Notes: generated from the sequence alone by a model not told the origin. Positions 17,393 through 30,726 are shown, numbered from the stretch's first letter. The stretch: 31,476 nt of DNA from Methanomicrobiaceae archaeon UBA207 (GCA_002503135.1 DARA01000042.1:1-31476), one strand, 5' to 3'. Numbers and translations are program-made.

Positions 17393-17989
17393 ATGGGTTC
17401 GCAGTGGTACAGGGATAAGACATACAGGAGAGCGATGAAGGCAGGCTACCGGTCGCGGGCGTCATACAAACTCATCGAGCTGCAGAAGCGCTATTCTGTC
17501 ATACGGCAGGATGACAATGTGGTTGACCTCGGTGCTGCACCCGGCGGATGGCTGCAGGTGGCGAGGGATCTGACCGAAGGGAAGATAGTCGGCACTGATT
17601 TGAACCCCATCGCACCCATTGATGGTGTGACGATGATCACAGGCGATTTTACTGCTGAGGATGTGCAGAAAAAGGTGATGGAGGAGATGGATGTGGTGAA
17701 TGTGGTGCTCTGCGACGCCTCTCCCAAGTTGTCAGGGCATAAGTCCTATGATCAGGCGCGGATTGCTGCCCTCACTGAGGCTGCACTTGCATTTGCCTGC
17801 AGGATGCTAAAACCCGGCGGGAATTTTGTGGTCAAGTCCTTTGAGGGCGAACTCTTTGGAGATCTGATGAATGAGGTGAAAAAGCACTTCAGGTCGGTCA
17901 GGGCGTACCGTGTCGCGGTCTCCCGGAAGGGAAGTGCAGAGACCTACATTATTGCAAAGAATTTCATTGGTGACTATGATGCTGCTTAA
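17393..17989 (+). CDS. rlmE: 23S rRNA (uridine-2'-O)-methyltransferase RlmE/FtsJ
   Basis: YRSRASYKL, VVDLGAAPGGW, CDASPKLSG, LKPGGNFVVK, SRKGSAETY. Confidence 0.93.
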   Translation: MGSQWYRDKTYRRAMKAGYRSRASYKLIELQKRYSVIRQDDNVVDLGAAPGGWLQVARDLTEGKIVGTDLNPIAPIDGVTMITGDFTAEDVQKKVMEEMDVVNVVLCDASPKLSGHKSYDQARIAALTEAALAFACRMLKPGGNFVVKSFEGELFGDLMNEVKKHFRSVRAYRVAVSRKGSAETYIIAKNFIGDYDAA

Positions 17990-18857
17990 AGACCCTTACG
18001 GGCGGACCGTCACGAATCTCAGGATAAGCCTTACGCACAAGTGCAATCTCAGGTGCATATACTGCCATGCCGAGGGTGAGGTGCAGCCGCAAACCGCGAT
18101 GACTCTGGATGAGATCTCTGAGGTGATGGAGACCGGGGCAAAATTCGGGATCAAAAGTGTCAAATTTACCGGGGGTGAACCGATGCTTCGCAGTGATATC
18201 GTCGGGATCGTCCAGGCAGTCCCTGAGGGTCTTGAATCTTCAATGACGACGAATGGCACACTCCTCGCTGACAGGGCATATGAACTGAAAGAGGCAGGAC
18301 TTTCGCGCGTCAACATCAGTCTCGACAGTCTCAGACCAGAACGCTACCAGGAGATTACAGGCAGGGCATGCCTTGACGATGCACTGGCAGGCATCACGGC
18401 AGCGCTGGATGCCGGGCTGACTCCTGTGAAGCTGAATATGGTCCTGCTCGACGGGATAAATGATGATGAGGTGGATGATTTCCTCGCATTTGTCCGCGGC
18501 AGGAGTGACCTCATCCTCCAGGTGATTGAATTGATGGAATTCAATGAATGCAGATATCACGGCGATGTGGATGGCATTGAGCGTGACCTGAAGGTGAGGG
18601 CGCGTCAGATCATTACAAGGCGGATGCACCACCGGAAGAAGTACTGCCTCGACGGCGCCGAGGTGGAGGTGGTGCGCCCGCTCCATAATACAGAATTCTG
18701 CTCCTACTGCAACCGTCTCCGTGTAACCTCTGATGCCAAGCTCAAACCCTGCCTGCTCAGGAATGACAACCTGGTCGATGTGCGCGGCGCACATGGGAAG
18801 GAACTGGAGGATCTCTTCAGGGAAGTGGTTATGAGGAGGGAACCATTCTTTAAATAG
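17976..18857 (+). CDS. moaA: GTP 3',8-cyclase MoaA
   Basis: DPYGR, LRISLTHKCNLRCIYC, FTGGEP, TTNG, RVNISLDSL, FCSYCNRLRVTSDAKLKPCL. Start set at 17976, overlapping the rlmE end. Confidence 0.95.
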   Translation: MMLLKDPYGRTVTNLRISLTHKCNLRCIYCHAEGEVQPQTAMTLDEISEVMETGAKFGIKSVKFTGGEPMLRSDIVGIVQAVPEGLESSMTTNGTLLADRAYELKEAGLSRVNISLDSLRPERYQEITGRACLDDALAGITAALDAGLTPVKLNMVLLDGINDDEVDDFLAFVRGRSDLILQVIELMEFNECRYHGDVDGIERDLKVRARQIITRRMHHRKKYCLDGAEVEVVRPLHNTEFCSYCNRLRVTSDAKLKPCLLRNDNLVDVRGAHGKELEDLFREVVMRREPFFK

Positions 18858-18940
18858 CGGGGGCAGGCATATGCCTGTCCGCTCCCGGGTCCGGGTTCTC
18901 AAAGCAAGATTTTTTGTCAGAGTCTGTTCAATATCTGTGT

Positions 18941-19450
18941 ATGCAGGGAGATAACGAATACGAGAATGTGCTGAGGCGATTTTATAGGAAATCTCTGATC
19001 CTGGAATCACCATCTGAATTTCATCATGTGCTCTGTTTCCATTTCATTGACGCCCTTGCGCACATTGATTTCAGCCTGAATACGCTGGCATATAATTACC
19101 AGTCTCCAAGAAACATCATGAATATGCAGTATATGCGCTGGCGCATTGATGAGGAGAAGAAAGAAGAATATGCTCATTTTGGTGAATTTATCAGGTGGCT
19201 GAAATCAGAGCACCCTGATGTATTTGCCTCGCTCCCGATGGTCTGGAGGTATGTATATGACCCTGAGAACCATGCAGGCTATCGCAGCTTCAGGATTGTG
19301 CTTGACCCTGACAGCAACAAACCGTTGCCCCCAGGTTTCTTCATTGATGCTATAGAGGAGTTTTTCGATCAGAAGTTTCTGAAGAGTATATACAAGGGGG
19401 CATCCCTTGCCCGGCTCTTTGATGAATTCATTGCAGCCGGAATATCCTGA
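18941..19450 (+). CDS. Conserved hypothetical protein (methanogen type), function unknown
   Basis: Aromatic-rich globular-looking 169-aa ORF, co-oriented between moaA and the M20 gene. No motif recognised. Confidence 0.7.
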   Translation: MQGDNEYENVLRRFYRKSLILESPSEFHHVLCFHFIDALAHIDFSLNTLAYNYQSPRNIMNMQYMRWRIDEEKKEEYAHFGEFIRWLKSEHPDVFASLPMVWRYVYDPENHAGYRSFRIVLDPDSNKPLPPGFFIDAIEEFFDQKFLKSIYKGASLARLFDEFIAAGIS

Positions 19451-19467
19451 GCCGGCGTGGTGGTAAG

Positions 19468-20637
19468 ATGGATGTCGCCAGCCTCTGTTCCACCCTTGTC
19501 CAGATAAGAAGTGAGAATCCACCTGGAAAGACCAGAGATATCATCGAGTATATCAGGGGTTTTCTCGACTCGCTCGGACTGCGCAGCAGTGCTGTCAGTG
19601 CCGGGGGAGGAAGATGCAACCTCGTTGCGGTGGAGCCTGACTGCCGTTTTCTCCTCTGCGGGCATGTGGATGTGGTCCCTGCACTGAAGGCGGGCTGGAC
19701 GCATGACCCCTTCTCCGGGGAGGTGGCAGAGGGGTATGTCAGGGGCAGGGGCTCGACTGATATGAAAGGGGGGTGCGCCGCCATGCTCTGTGCATACAGG
19801 GACCTGCTCAATCAGGGCATCGAACCGAAAGCCGGTTTCGCATTTGTCTGTGATGAGGAGACGGGCGGAGAGCATGGTATGCGGCATCTGCTTGCAAAGA
19901 ACACTCTCAGCCCCTGTGATGCCCTGATCGCAGAGCCGACACCCCCTCTCAGCCCCTGCATCGGGCAGAAGGGAATGTGCAGGCTGGAAGTCACGTTTTC
20001 CGGAGTGCCGGGTCACAGTTCTCTCTACCCTGCCATGGGCGTCAGTGCGATCATGGAGGCATACTCTCTCCTCAGGCATCTGAATGAGATTCATAATATA
20101 GATGTGCCGGTTGACGAATCTCTGAAGGAGGTCATCTCTACCTCCTCCCGGGTGCTTGAAGAGATATTTGGCAGGGAAGGGCTGGGAGATGTCCTGACCC
20201 GGGTCATGTTCAACCCGGGCAGGATCGAAGGGGGTGAGAAGGCGAATATCGTGGCGCAACGGTGCAGGCTGGAGCTCGACCTCCGTGTCCCGTGGGGCTG
20301 CACAACCGGGCGCCTGATCAGGTTGATCCGGGACCGTGCCCCAAATGCGAAGATGAATGTGATGAATGCATTTGAACCGAACCTCACCCTGCCTGATGCG
20401 CGTATTACGGCTGTTGTCTGCAGGGAGATAGCACGGGTATATGGCAGCCCGGCGGTCCCGATTGTGCAGTGGGCGGCGAGTGATGCGAGGTATCTCCGGA
20501 GCGCCGGGTTTGATGTGGTGGATTACGGTCCCGGAGAGATCACCACCCTCCATGGAATTGATGAGAGAGTCTCAATAGAAAATCTCGAAAAGGCGGTTGA
20601 TGTCTACAGGGGTGTTATACGCACATATTCCAGGTGA
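19468..20637 (+). CDS. M20 family metallo-hydrolase (ArgE/DapE-like)
   Basis: CGHVDVVP, GRGSTDMKGG, CDEETGG, IAEPT, GHSS, GEKANIV, ASDARY, YGPG, HGIDE. Substrate not assignable: methanogens generally use DapL rather than DapE. Confidence 0.88.
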   Translation: MDVASLCSTLVQIRSENPPGKTRDIIEYIRGFLDSLGLRSSAVSAGGGRCNLVAVEPDCRFLLCGHVDVVPALKAGWTHDPFSGEVAEGYVRGRGSTDMKGGCAAMLCAYRDLLNQGIEPKAGFAFVCDEETGGEHGMRHLLAKNTLSPCDALIAEPTPPLSPCIGQKGMCRLEVTFSGVPGHSSLYPAMGVSAIMEAYSLLRHLNEIHNIDVPVDESLKEVISTSSRVLEEIFGREGLGDVLTRVMFNPGRIEGGEKANIVAQRCRLELDLRVPWGCTTGRLIRLIRDRAPNAKMNVMNAFEPNLTLPDARITAVVCREIARVYGSPAVPIVQWAASDARYLRSAGFDVVDYGPGEITTLHGIDERVSIENLEKAVDVYRGVIRTYSR

Positions 20638-20752
20638 CTGAGTCATCGGAGATGACATGTGCCACCGGCCTGCGGGCGGTGACTGAGTTATCGGAGATGA
20701 CATGTGCCACACCTGAGACGGCGTGACTGAGCTGACGCAGTCAGCATATGCC
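20634..20752 (+). repeat. Three-unit array GTGACTGA-[6-bp hairpin, C(GNA)G loop]-ATRTGCC, period 45/44 nt
   Basis: Units at 20634-20663, 20679-20708 and 20723-20752. Units 1 and 2 differ at 1 of 30 nt; unit 3 has a different but fully paired stem. Confidence 0.85.
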
Positions 20753-20840
20753 TCGGAATGCACAACACTCCCGTCCATGAGCGGCGGACCATAGTTTATA
20801 ACAATTCCGCACTGAATTATAGTAAAAGACTGTGATTGGG

Positions 20841-22562
20841 ATGGAAGATATCTACGAGAAGGTCATGGAACTTGCAAAGCGCCGCGGTTTTGTATGGCCG
20901 TCATCCGAATGCTATGGCTCAGTCGCCGGGCTCATTGATTATGGTCCCCTTGGCGCCGGGATGAAGCGCAGGATTGAGAATATCTGGAGAGATTTTTACG
21001 TCATAAGAGAGGGATTTTTTGAGATAGAGTGCCCCACCATCGGTCCGGAGCCTGTCTTCATCGCGTCAGGGCATGTGGGGGGTTTCTCAGACAAGATGTG
21101 CCGGTGCCCTGAGTGCGGCGAGTACCTCCGTGCAGATCATATTGTGGAGGGGTGTCTGGAGGGTTCTGCCGCACTTATGCAGAAAGAAGACCTGGAAGAG
21201 GCGCTCAGAGACTTCCCCTGCCCTGCCTGTGGTGAAACACTTGGTGCACCCACGGTGTTTGACTTCAATTTAATGTTTGAAACTGCCATCGGTCCCGGGT
21301 CACAGCGTAAGGGGTATCTCAGACCGGAAACGGCGCAGGGGATATTCACTGACTTTGGACGGCTGCTTCGTTTTTACCGGGATAAACTGCCGTTTGGAGC
21401 TGTTCAGATCGGGAAGTCCTACCGGAATGAGATATCACCCCGCCAGGGCATGATCCGGCTTCGTGAGTTTTCGCAGGCAGAGGCTGAGATATTTGTACAT
21501 CCTGAAAAGAAGCAGCACCCCTCATTCAGCCGTTACGCCAGCTATACTCTTCCATTGCTGGGCAGCAGTCAGCAGGAAAGCGGTGAACCCCCTCTTGAGG
21601 TTACGATGGCCGATGCGGTTGCATCGGGTCTGGTCGCAAATGAATATGTGGCATACTATCTTGCGCTGACCCATGACCTTCTCGTTTCCATAGGCATCAC
21701 CCCTGAAAAACTCAGGTTCAGGCAGCACCTGCCTGACGAACGGGCGCATTACGCCATCGACTGCTGGGATGCAGAGGTGCATTCCGACCGTTTCGGGTGG
21801 GTCGAGACTGTGGGAATCGCTGACCGCACAGACTATGACCTCAGGGCGCATGCCAGGCATAGCGGGGAGTCATTTACTGTATTCATCCAGTTCACAGAAC
21901 CCCGCAGGGTAAAGCAGGTGAGAATATCGCCCAAAATGGGTATTATGGGACCGAAATTTCGCGGAAAAGCGAAAGCAATCTTAGAAATGCTGAAAACAGC
22001 GTCACCCGGTCCGGACGGGGTTGAGATCATACTCGATGGTGAGACGATCCTGATCACTCCTGATCTCTATGATGTCTGCGAGGAGGAGGTTGAGGTCAGG
22101 GGGGAGGAGGTCATGCCGCATGTCATAGAGCCGTCATATGGGATTGACCGGATGATCTATGGCGTGCTCGAGCACACCTATGCAGAAGAGATGGTGGAGG
22201 GTGAGGTGAGAAAGGTCCTCCGCCTCCCCACGGCGGTTGCACCTGTGCAGGTGTCGGTCCTGCCGCTGATGAACCGGGACGGACTTGAGGGTGCTGCCAG
22301 GGAGATCTACCTCACTCTTCTCACACACAGGATTTTTGCCATCTACGATGATTCTGGTGCCATCGGCAGGCGGTACCGCAGGCAGGATGAGATCGGGACG
22401 CCGTTTGCCGTCACTATCGACTATGATACCCTGGAGGACGGCACTGTAACCATACGTGACCGTGATAGCATGGAGCAGGTCCGGTGCCCCGCAGACCATC
22501 TGGTCGCCACCCTCTCCGCGCTCATCAGTGGTTCGATCACATTTGAATCGCTTCAGACATGA
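20841..22562 (+). CDS. glyS: Glycyl-tRNA synthetase (eukaryote/archaeal homodimeric type)
   Basis: LAKRRGF, DYGPLG, LRPETAQGIF, QIGKSYRNEISPRQG..RLREFSQAE, PHVIEPSYGIDR, SGAIGRRYRRQDEIGTP. Confidence 0.96.
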   Translation: MEDIYEKVMELAKRRGFVWPSSECYGSVAGLIDYGPLGAGMKRRIENIWRDFYVIREGFFEIECPTIGPEPVFIASGHVGGFSDKMCRCPECGEYLRADHIVEGCLEGSAALMQKEDLEEALRDFPCPACGETLGAPTVFDFNLMFETAIGPGSQRKGYLRPETAQGIFTDFGRLLRFYRDKLPFGAVQIGKSYRNEISPRQGMIRLREFSQAEAEIFVHPEKKQHPSFSRYASYTLPLLGSSQQESGEPPLEVTMADAVASGLVANEYVAYYLALTHDLLVSIGITPEKLRFRQHLPDERAHYAIDCWDAEVHSDRFGWVETVGIADRTDYDLRAHARHSGESFTVFIQFTEPRRVKQVRISPKMGIMGPKFRGKAKAILEMLKTASPGPDGVEIILDGETILITPDLYDVCEEEVEVRGEEVMPHVIEPSYGIDRMIYGVLEHTYAEEMVEGEVRKVLRLPTAVAPVQVSVLPLMNRDGLEGAAREIYLTLLTHRIFAIYDDSGAIGRRYRRQDEIGTPFAVTIDYDTLEDGTVTIRDRDSMEQVRCPADHLVATLSALISGSITFESLQT

Positions 22563-24895
22563 AATACATTACCCACCCGTATATTCGTCCGGAAAGTCTT
22601 GAAGAGCGTAGTTATCAGCTCTCTATCGCCATGAAGGCGCTCGACGGCAACACCATGGTGGTGCTGCCCACAGGGCTTGGAAAGACTGCCATTGCACTCC
22701 TGGTGGCAGCATCACGCCTCTATAATGGTGGCGGGCGGGTACTGGTGCTCGCACCCACCAAGCCCCTGGTGGAGCAGCACCTCAGATTTTTTCAGGAGTT
22801 TCTCATGCTCCCGGAAAGCGCCGGCAGCGTCGGCTCCCCATTCGCCATGTTCACAGGGGAGACCCCGCCTGAAGAGCGTGCACACGTATGGAAAACCTCA
22901 CAGGTCTGCTTTGCGACCCCACAGGTCATCAAGAATGACTGCATCGGCGGGAGGTACTCCCTTGAGGATGTATCACTCCTGGTCGTGGACGAATGCCACC
23001 GCGCTGTCGGCAACTATGCCTATGTCTTTATCGCGGATCTCTATCTCAGGGTCGCAAAAAAACCCCTGATCCTTGCAATGACCGCATCTCCCGGGGCGGA
23101 CCCCGTGAAGGTGGAGGGCGTCTATGCCTGTCTTGGTATAGATCGTGTGGAGAGCAGGGTCGAGAGCGACCCTGATGTGGAACCCTATGTACATGAGAGG
23201 GAGGTGGAGTATGTCAGTGTAGCCCTGCCCCCTGAGTTGCAGGAGACTCTCACCGACTTCACCACCCTCGTCACCGCCCGTCTGCAAAGTCTTGCAGACC
23301 TTGGTTTTGCCGTACCAAAACCGGAGAGGCTCTCCATCCGGGCGCTGAGTGCACTGAACGGGCAGATCCAGGGGCGGATTGCAGCCCGTGACCCCAGGGC
23401 ATACAGGGCAGCCTCCCTCTATGCGGAATGCATGAAGCTCCGTCATGCGATCTCGCTCTGCGAGTCGCAGGGAAGCGGTGCGCTGAAGGCGTATCTTGCC
23501 AGACTGGCGTCAGAGGGCTCATCCGGCAAGGCGAGCAAGGCGAGCAGGCGCCTCTCCCATGACCCGCTTTTCAGGAATGTGCTGAGGCGCGCCGAAGGAT
23601 GGACCGATGAACTCCACCCGAAAGCCGGGATTGTTATCAGGCAGGTGAGGGAACACTTCAAAGCCCGTCCTGACAGCAGGATCATCATATTCGCCACCTA
23701 CAGGGACACCGTCATGATGCTCGTGGACCTTCTCTCCAGGGAAGGTATCACCTGCGAAAAGTTTGTGGGGCAGGCAAACAGGGATGCAGAGAAGGGACTC
23801 TCGCAGAAGAAGCAGCTGGAAGCCCTCTCACGTTTCCGTGCCGGTGAGTTCAGGGTGCTCATCGCGACATCGGTCGGGGAGGAGGGGCTGGACATTCCCT
23901 CTACTGACATGGTAATCTTCTATGAGGCGGTCCCATCAGAGATCAGGAGCATCCAGCGGAAAGGCAGGACCGGCAGAAGCCGCAGCGGGAAGATCCTGGT
24001 GCTGGTGACCAGTGGAACTTCTGATGAAGCATTCAGGTACGTCAGCCAGCGCCGGGAGCGTTCAATGGTTTCAGGGATAAGGGGCATGAGCGGGCAGGAC
24101 CGGCAGAAGCCGCATGATGCGCCGCAGCACACCTTCCCGTCGTGGGAAGGTGTTCGAACACCACTTATGGGAAGTGGTGTACAGCACACACCTCCGTGGG
24201 GGAGTGTTCCAGCACCACTTGTGGGGCAGTCCGGGCTGGATACTTTTCTCACACAGGAACCGCGGATTGTGGTCGATGACAGGGAGACCTCCTCGCAGGT
24301 GGTGGAGACGCTTCATACTCTGGGTGCAGATATTGAACTGCGGCGTCTTGATTCCGGAGACTACGCGATCGGTGACCGCATCCTTGTTGAAAGAAAAACT
24401 GCTCGCGATTTTATGGACACCCTGATCAACCGCGACATCTTTGGTCAGATCAAAAAGATGGCAGAGGCAGTCCCGCGCCCGATTCTCATCATCGAGGGGC
24501 CTGAAGATCTCTACCGCGTCAGGAACATCCACCCCAATGCGATCAGGGGCACACTCGCGGCAATTGCTGTTGATATGGGTGTAACACTATTTTTCACAGC
24601 AGATGGAGAGGAAACCGCCAATATGCTCTATGTGCTTGCACGCAGGGAGGAAGGGAGCCGTGGAGAGCGGAAGATGCATCCAAGAAAGTCGTACCGCTCG
24701 CTCCGTGAAGAGCAGGAGTATGTCCTCACCTCATTCCCTAGTATCGGGTTGAAGAATGCACGCCTCCTGCTCGAACATTTTGGGTCGCTTAAAGCAGTGA
24801 TCGATGCCGGGAAAGAGGATCTCGTCTCAGTGAAGGGGATTGGAGAAAAGACGGCATCCAGAATCTGGGACCTCTCCCGCCGCACCTACTCCTGA
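22559..24895 (+). CDS. hef: Hef: SF2 helicase fused to ERCC4/XPF nuclease
   Basis: LPTGLGKT, DECHR, MTASPG, ATSVGEEGLDIP, IQRKGRTGR; then VDDRE, ILVERKT..DF, IIEG and C-terminal HhH (PSIGLKNA, KGIGEKTA). Confidence 0.95.
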   Translation: MKYITHPYIRPESLEERSYQLSIAMKALDGNTMVVLPTGLGKTAIALLVAASRLYNGGGRVLVLAPTKPLVEQHLRFFQEFLMLPESAGSVGSPFAMFTGETPPEERAHVWKTSQVCFATPQVIKNDCIGGRYSLEDVSLLVVDECHRAVGNYAYVFIADLYLRVAKKPLILAMTASPGADPVKVEGVYACLGIDRVESRVESDPDVEPYVHEREVEYVSVALPPELQETLTDFTTLVTARLQSLADLGFAVPKPERLSIRALSALNGQIQGRIAARDPRAYRAASLYAECMKLRHAISLCESQGSGALKAYLARLASEGSSGKASKASRRLSHDPLFRNVLRRAEGWTDELHPKAGIVIRQVREHFKARPDSRIIIFATYRDTVMMLVDLLSREGITCEKFVGQANRDAEKGLSQKKQLEALSRFRAGEFRVLIATSVGEEGLDIPSTDMVIFYEAVPSEIRSIQRKGRTGRSRSGKILVLVTSGTSDEAFRYVSQRRERSMVSGIRGMSGQDRQKPHDAPQHTFPSWEGVRTPLMGSGVQHTPPWGSVPAPLVGQSGLDTFLTQEPRIVVDDRETSSQVVETLHTLGADIELRRLDSGDYAIGDRILVERKTARDFMDTLINRDIFGQIKKMAEAVPRPILIIEGPEDLYRVRNIHPNAIRGTLAAIAVDMGVTLFFTADGEETANMLYVLARREEGSRGERKMHPRKSYRSLREEQEYVLTSFPSIGLKNARLLLEHFGSLKAVIDAGKEDLVSVKGIGEKTASRIWDLSRRTYS
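24126..24231. repeat. Tandem palindromic units inside the hef linker
   Basis: ACACCTTCCC-gtcgt-GGGAAGGTGT (24129-24153), ACACCACTT-atggg-AAGTGGTGT (24158-24180), plus two degenerate units. Confidence 0.8.
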
Positions 24896-25266
24896 GTGAG
24901 GTGCAGGAGCGCCTCAACACCTTTCAGCACACACTCCATCAGTGTGAGGCAGTTGTCAGGGGAGGGTTCCTCACGGATGCGGGTGCAGATATGGATGATG
25001 GTGGATTCAAGCTCGGCGGCAGTTTCGCCCTGCCCCCGCAGTCCGGGCGCGGCTCTCCTCTCCTGCACATCCGGTTTATCATCCCGGGATTTTTCCATCC
25101 CTGTTCTCCCCTTCCTCTTCTTCTCCTCCCTGCAGACCGGGCAAAGGGTCTCACCCCTGCATTCAAAGAGCGGGGACCCGCATGTCGGGCAGGCTTTTGC
25201 AAGCATCTTCCCGCCTTTGAGGAGATATTCCGCCATGATCTCTTCAGGTGCGCTGCCCGTTTCCAT
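24886..25266 (-). CDS. UPF0148 / Sjogren autoantigen-1 family zinc-ribbon protein
   Basis: MAEYLLKGGKMLAKACPTCGSPLF...CPVC. Confidence 0.85.
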   Translation of the reverse strand: METGSAPEEIMAEYLLKGGKMLAKACPTCGSPLFECRGETLCPVCREEKKRKGRTGMEKSRDDKPDVQERRAAPGLRGQGETAAELESTIIHICTRIREEPSPDNCLTLMECVLKGVEALLHLTQE

Positions 25267-25389
25267 ATCATCGTCTCCATATTGCGCCTGAAACCAATCT
25301 GTTTTTCAGGACCTGTTTTTCGAGACCTGCATCATTCATGTACTGATGGGTTCAGGTCATTCTCACATATGCAGGTCAAATAGCCGCAT

Positions 25390-25403
25390 ACGTAATATTA
25401 CGT
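25390..25403. promoter_or_regulatory. 14-bp perfect palindrome ACGTAATATTACGT in a divergent promoter region
   Basis: Directly upstream of the TATA-like CTATAAATTATATA (25410-25423). Confidence 0.35.
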
Positions 25404-25456
25404 CAGATACTATAAATTATATATGTCTGGATATTTAATTACATAAGGGTGATTAG

Positions 25457-25720
25457 ATGGCTGGTCCTGATGATACAATTAATATGTGCATACAGATGCT
25501 GCAGCAGATTACGGAGAACAATACCATACCACGAAATATCCGGCGTGTGGCAGACAGAACCCGGGGTGTGCTGATGGACTCCTCAAAAAGCATCGGTCTC
25601 CGCGCTGCGACTGCGATATCAATGATAGATGAGATCAGCAGTGATCCAAATATGCCGGTCCATGCGCGGACAAGGATCTGGGAGCTGGTCTCGCACCTGG
25701 AGACCATCCCCCTCGATTAA
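25457..25720 (+). CDS. UPF0147 family protein
   Basis: [39 protein letters not shown]. Confidence 0.9.
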   Translation: MAGPDDTINMCIQMLQQITENNTIPRNIRRVADRTRGVLMDSSKSIGLRAATAISMIDEISSDPNMPVHARTRIWELVSHLETIPLD

Positions 25721-25815
25721 TTCCGTATCGCTGATGCGGGCACCCCTCTTTTATCTTTCCTCTGAATCCCTGACAAACCCCTGATATTGCAGAAGTCGTG
25801 TCTGTACCTCTCCCG

Positions 25816-26244
25816 TCAGCCGGGTGCAGCAGACTCTGTCACGGTGCAGATCACGGTCCGCCTCCTGCTGCTCCTGATGTCGAGCTCCAGCAGCACAATC
25901 TGCTGCCAGGTGCCGCATACAGTGTCACCGTCAATGACAGGGACTGTCAGTGACGGTCCCACCACCGCCGCCTTTACATGGGAACGACCGTTTCCGTCGC
26001 CCCACGCCTGATCATGTGCATATGAAATATCATCCGGCGCCAGAACCGACAATGCCCTCTTCAGGTCTGAGAGCACGCCGGGTTCATATTCGATCGTGGT
26101 GATGGCTGCGGTTGATCCTGTCACAAACAGGTGACACATCCCGTCCTTCACCCCGCTTTCATGGAGGATGCTGCGGATATGCGGAGTAAGGTTTATGATG
26201 TCCCCCTCACCAGAGGTGGCAACTGTGATCACTTTTCTGAACAT
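25816..26244 (-). CDS. YjbQ/UPF0047 family (secondary thiamine-phosphate synthase-like)
   Basis: GSTAAITTIEYEPG, YAHD..WGDGNGRSHVKAA, GTWQQIVLLELD. Confidence 0.88.
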   Translation of the reverse strand: MFRKVITVATSGEGDIINLTPHIRSILHESGVKDGMCHLFVTGSTAAITTIEYEPGVLSDLKRALSVLAPDDISYAHDQAWGDGNGRSHVKAAVVGPSLTVPVIDGDTVCGTWQQIVLLELDIRSSRRRTVICTVTESAAPG

Positions 26245-26270
26245 CAGAGGGATGGTGCCCTTCCAGCACA

Positions 26271-30726
<4,456 letters not shown>

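Noticed and set aside
15595-19013. Long alternative ORFs 15595-16278 (+) and 18240-19013 (-)
   Set aside because: Antisense to priL and moaA; no recognisable protein features.
19369-20553. 394-aa minus-strand ORF
   Set aside because: Antisense shadow of the well-supported M20 gene in GC-rich DNA; no motifs.
20634-20752. CRISPR array interpretation of the three-unit repeat
   Set aside because: Linkers are only 14-15 nt, unit 3 changes the repeat core, and no cas gene or AT-rich leader is present.
20572-20778. 68-aa minus-strand ORF with repeated WHMSSP.TQSP
   Set aside because: The repeat is a by-product of the 45-nt DNA period; covariation is at the base-pairing level, not the peptide level, and the ORF overlaps the M20 gene antisense.
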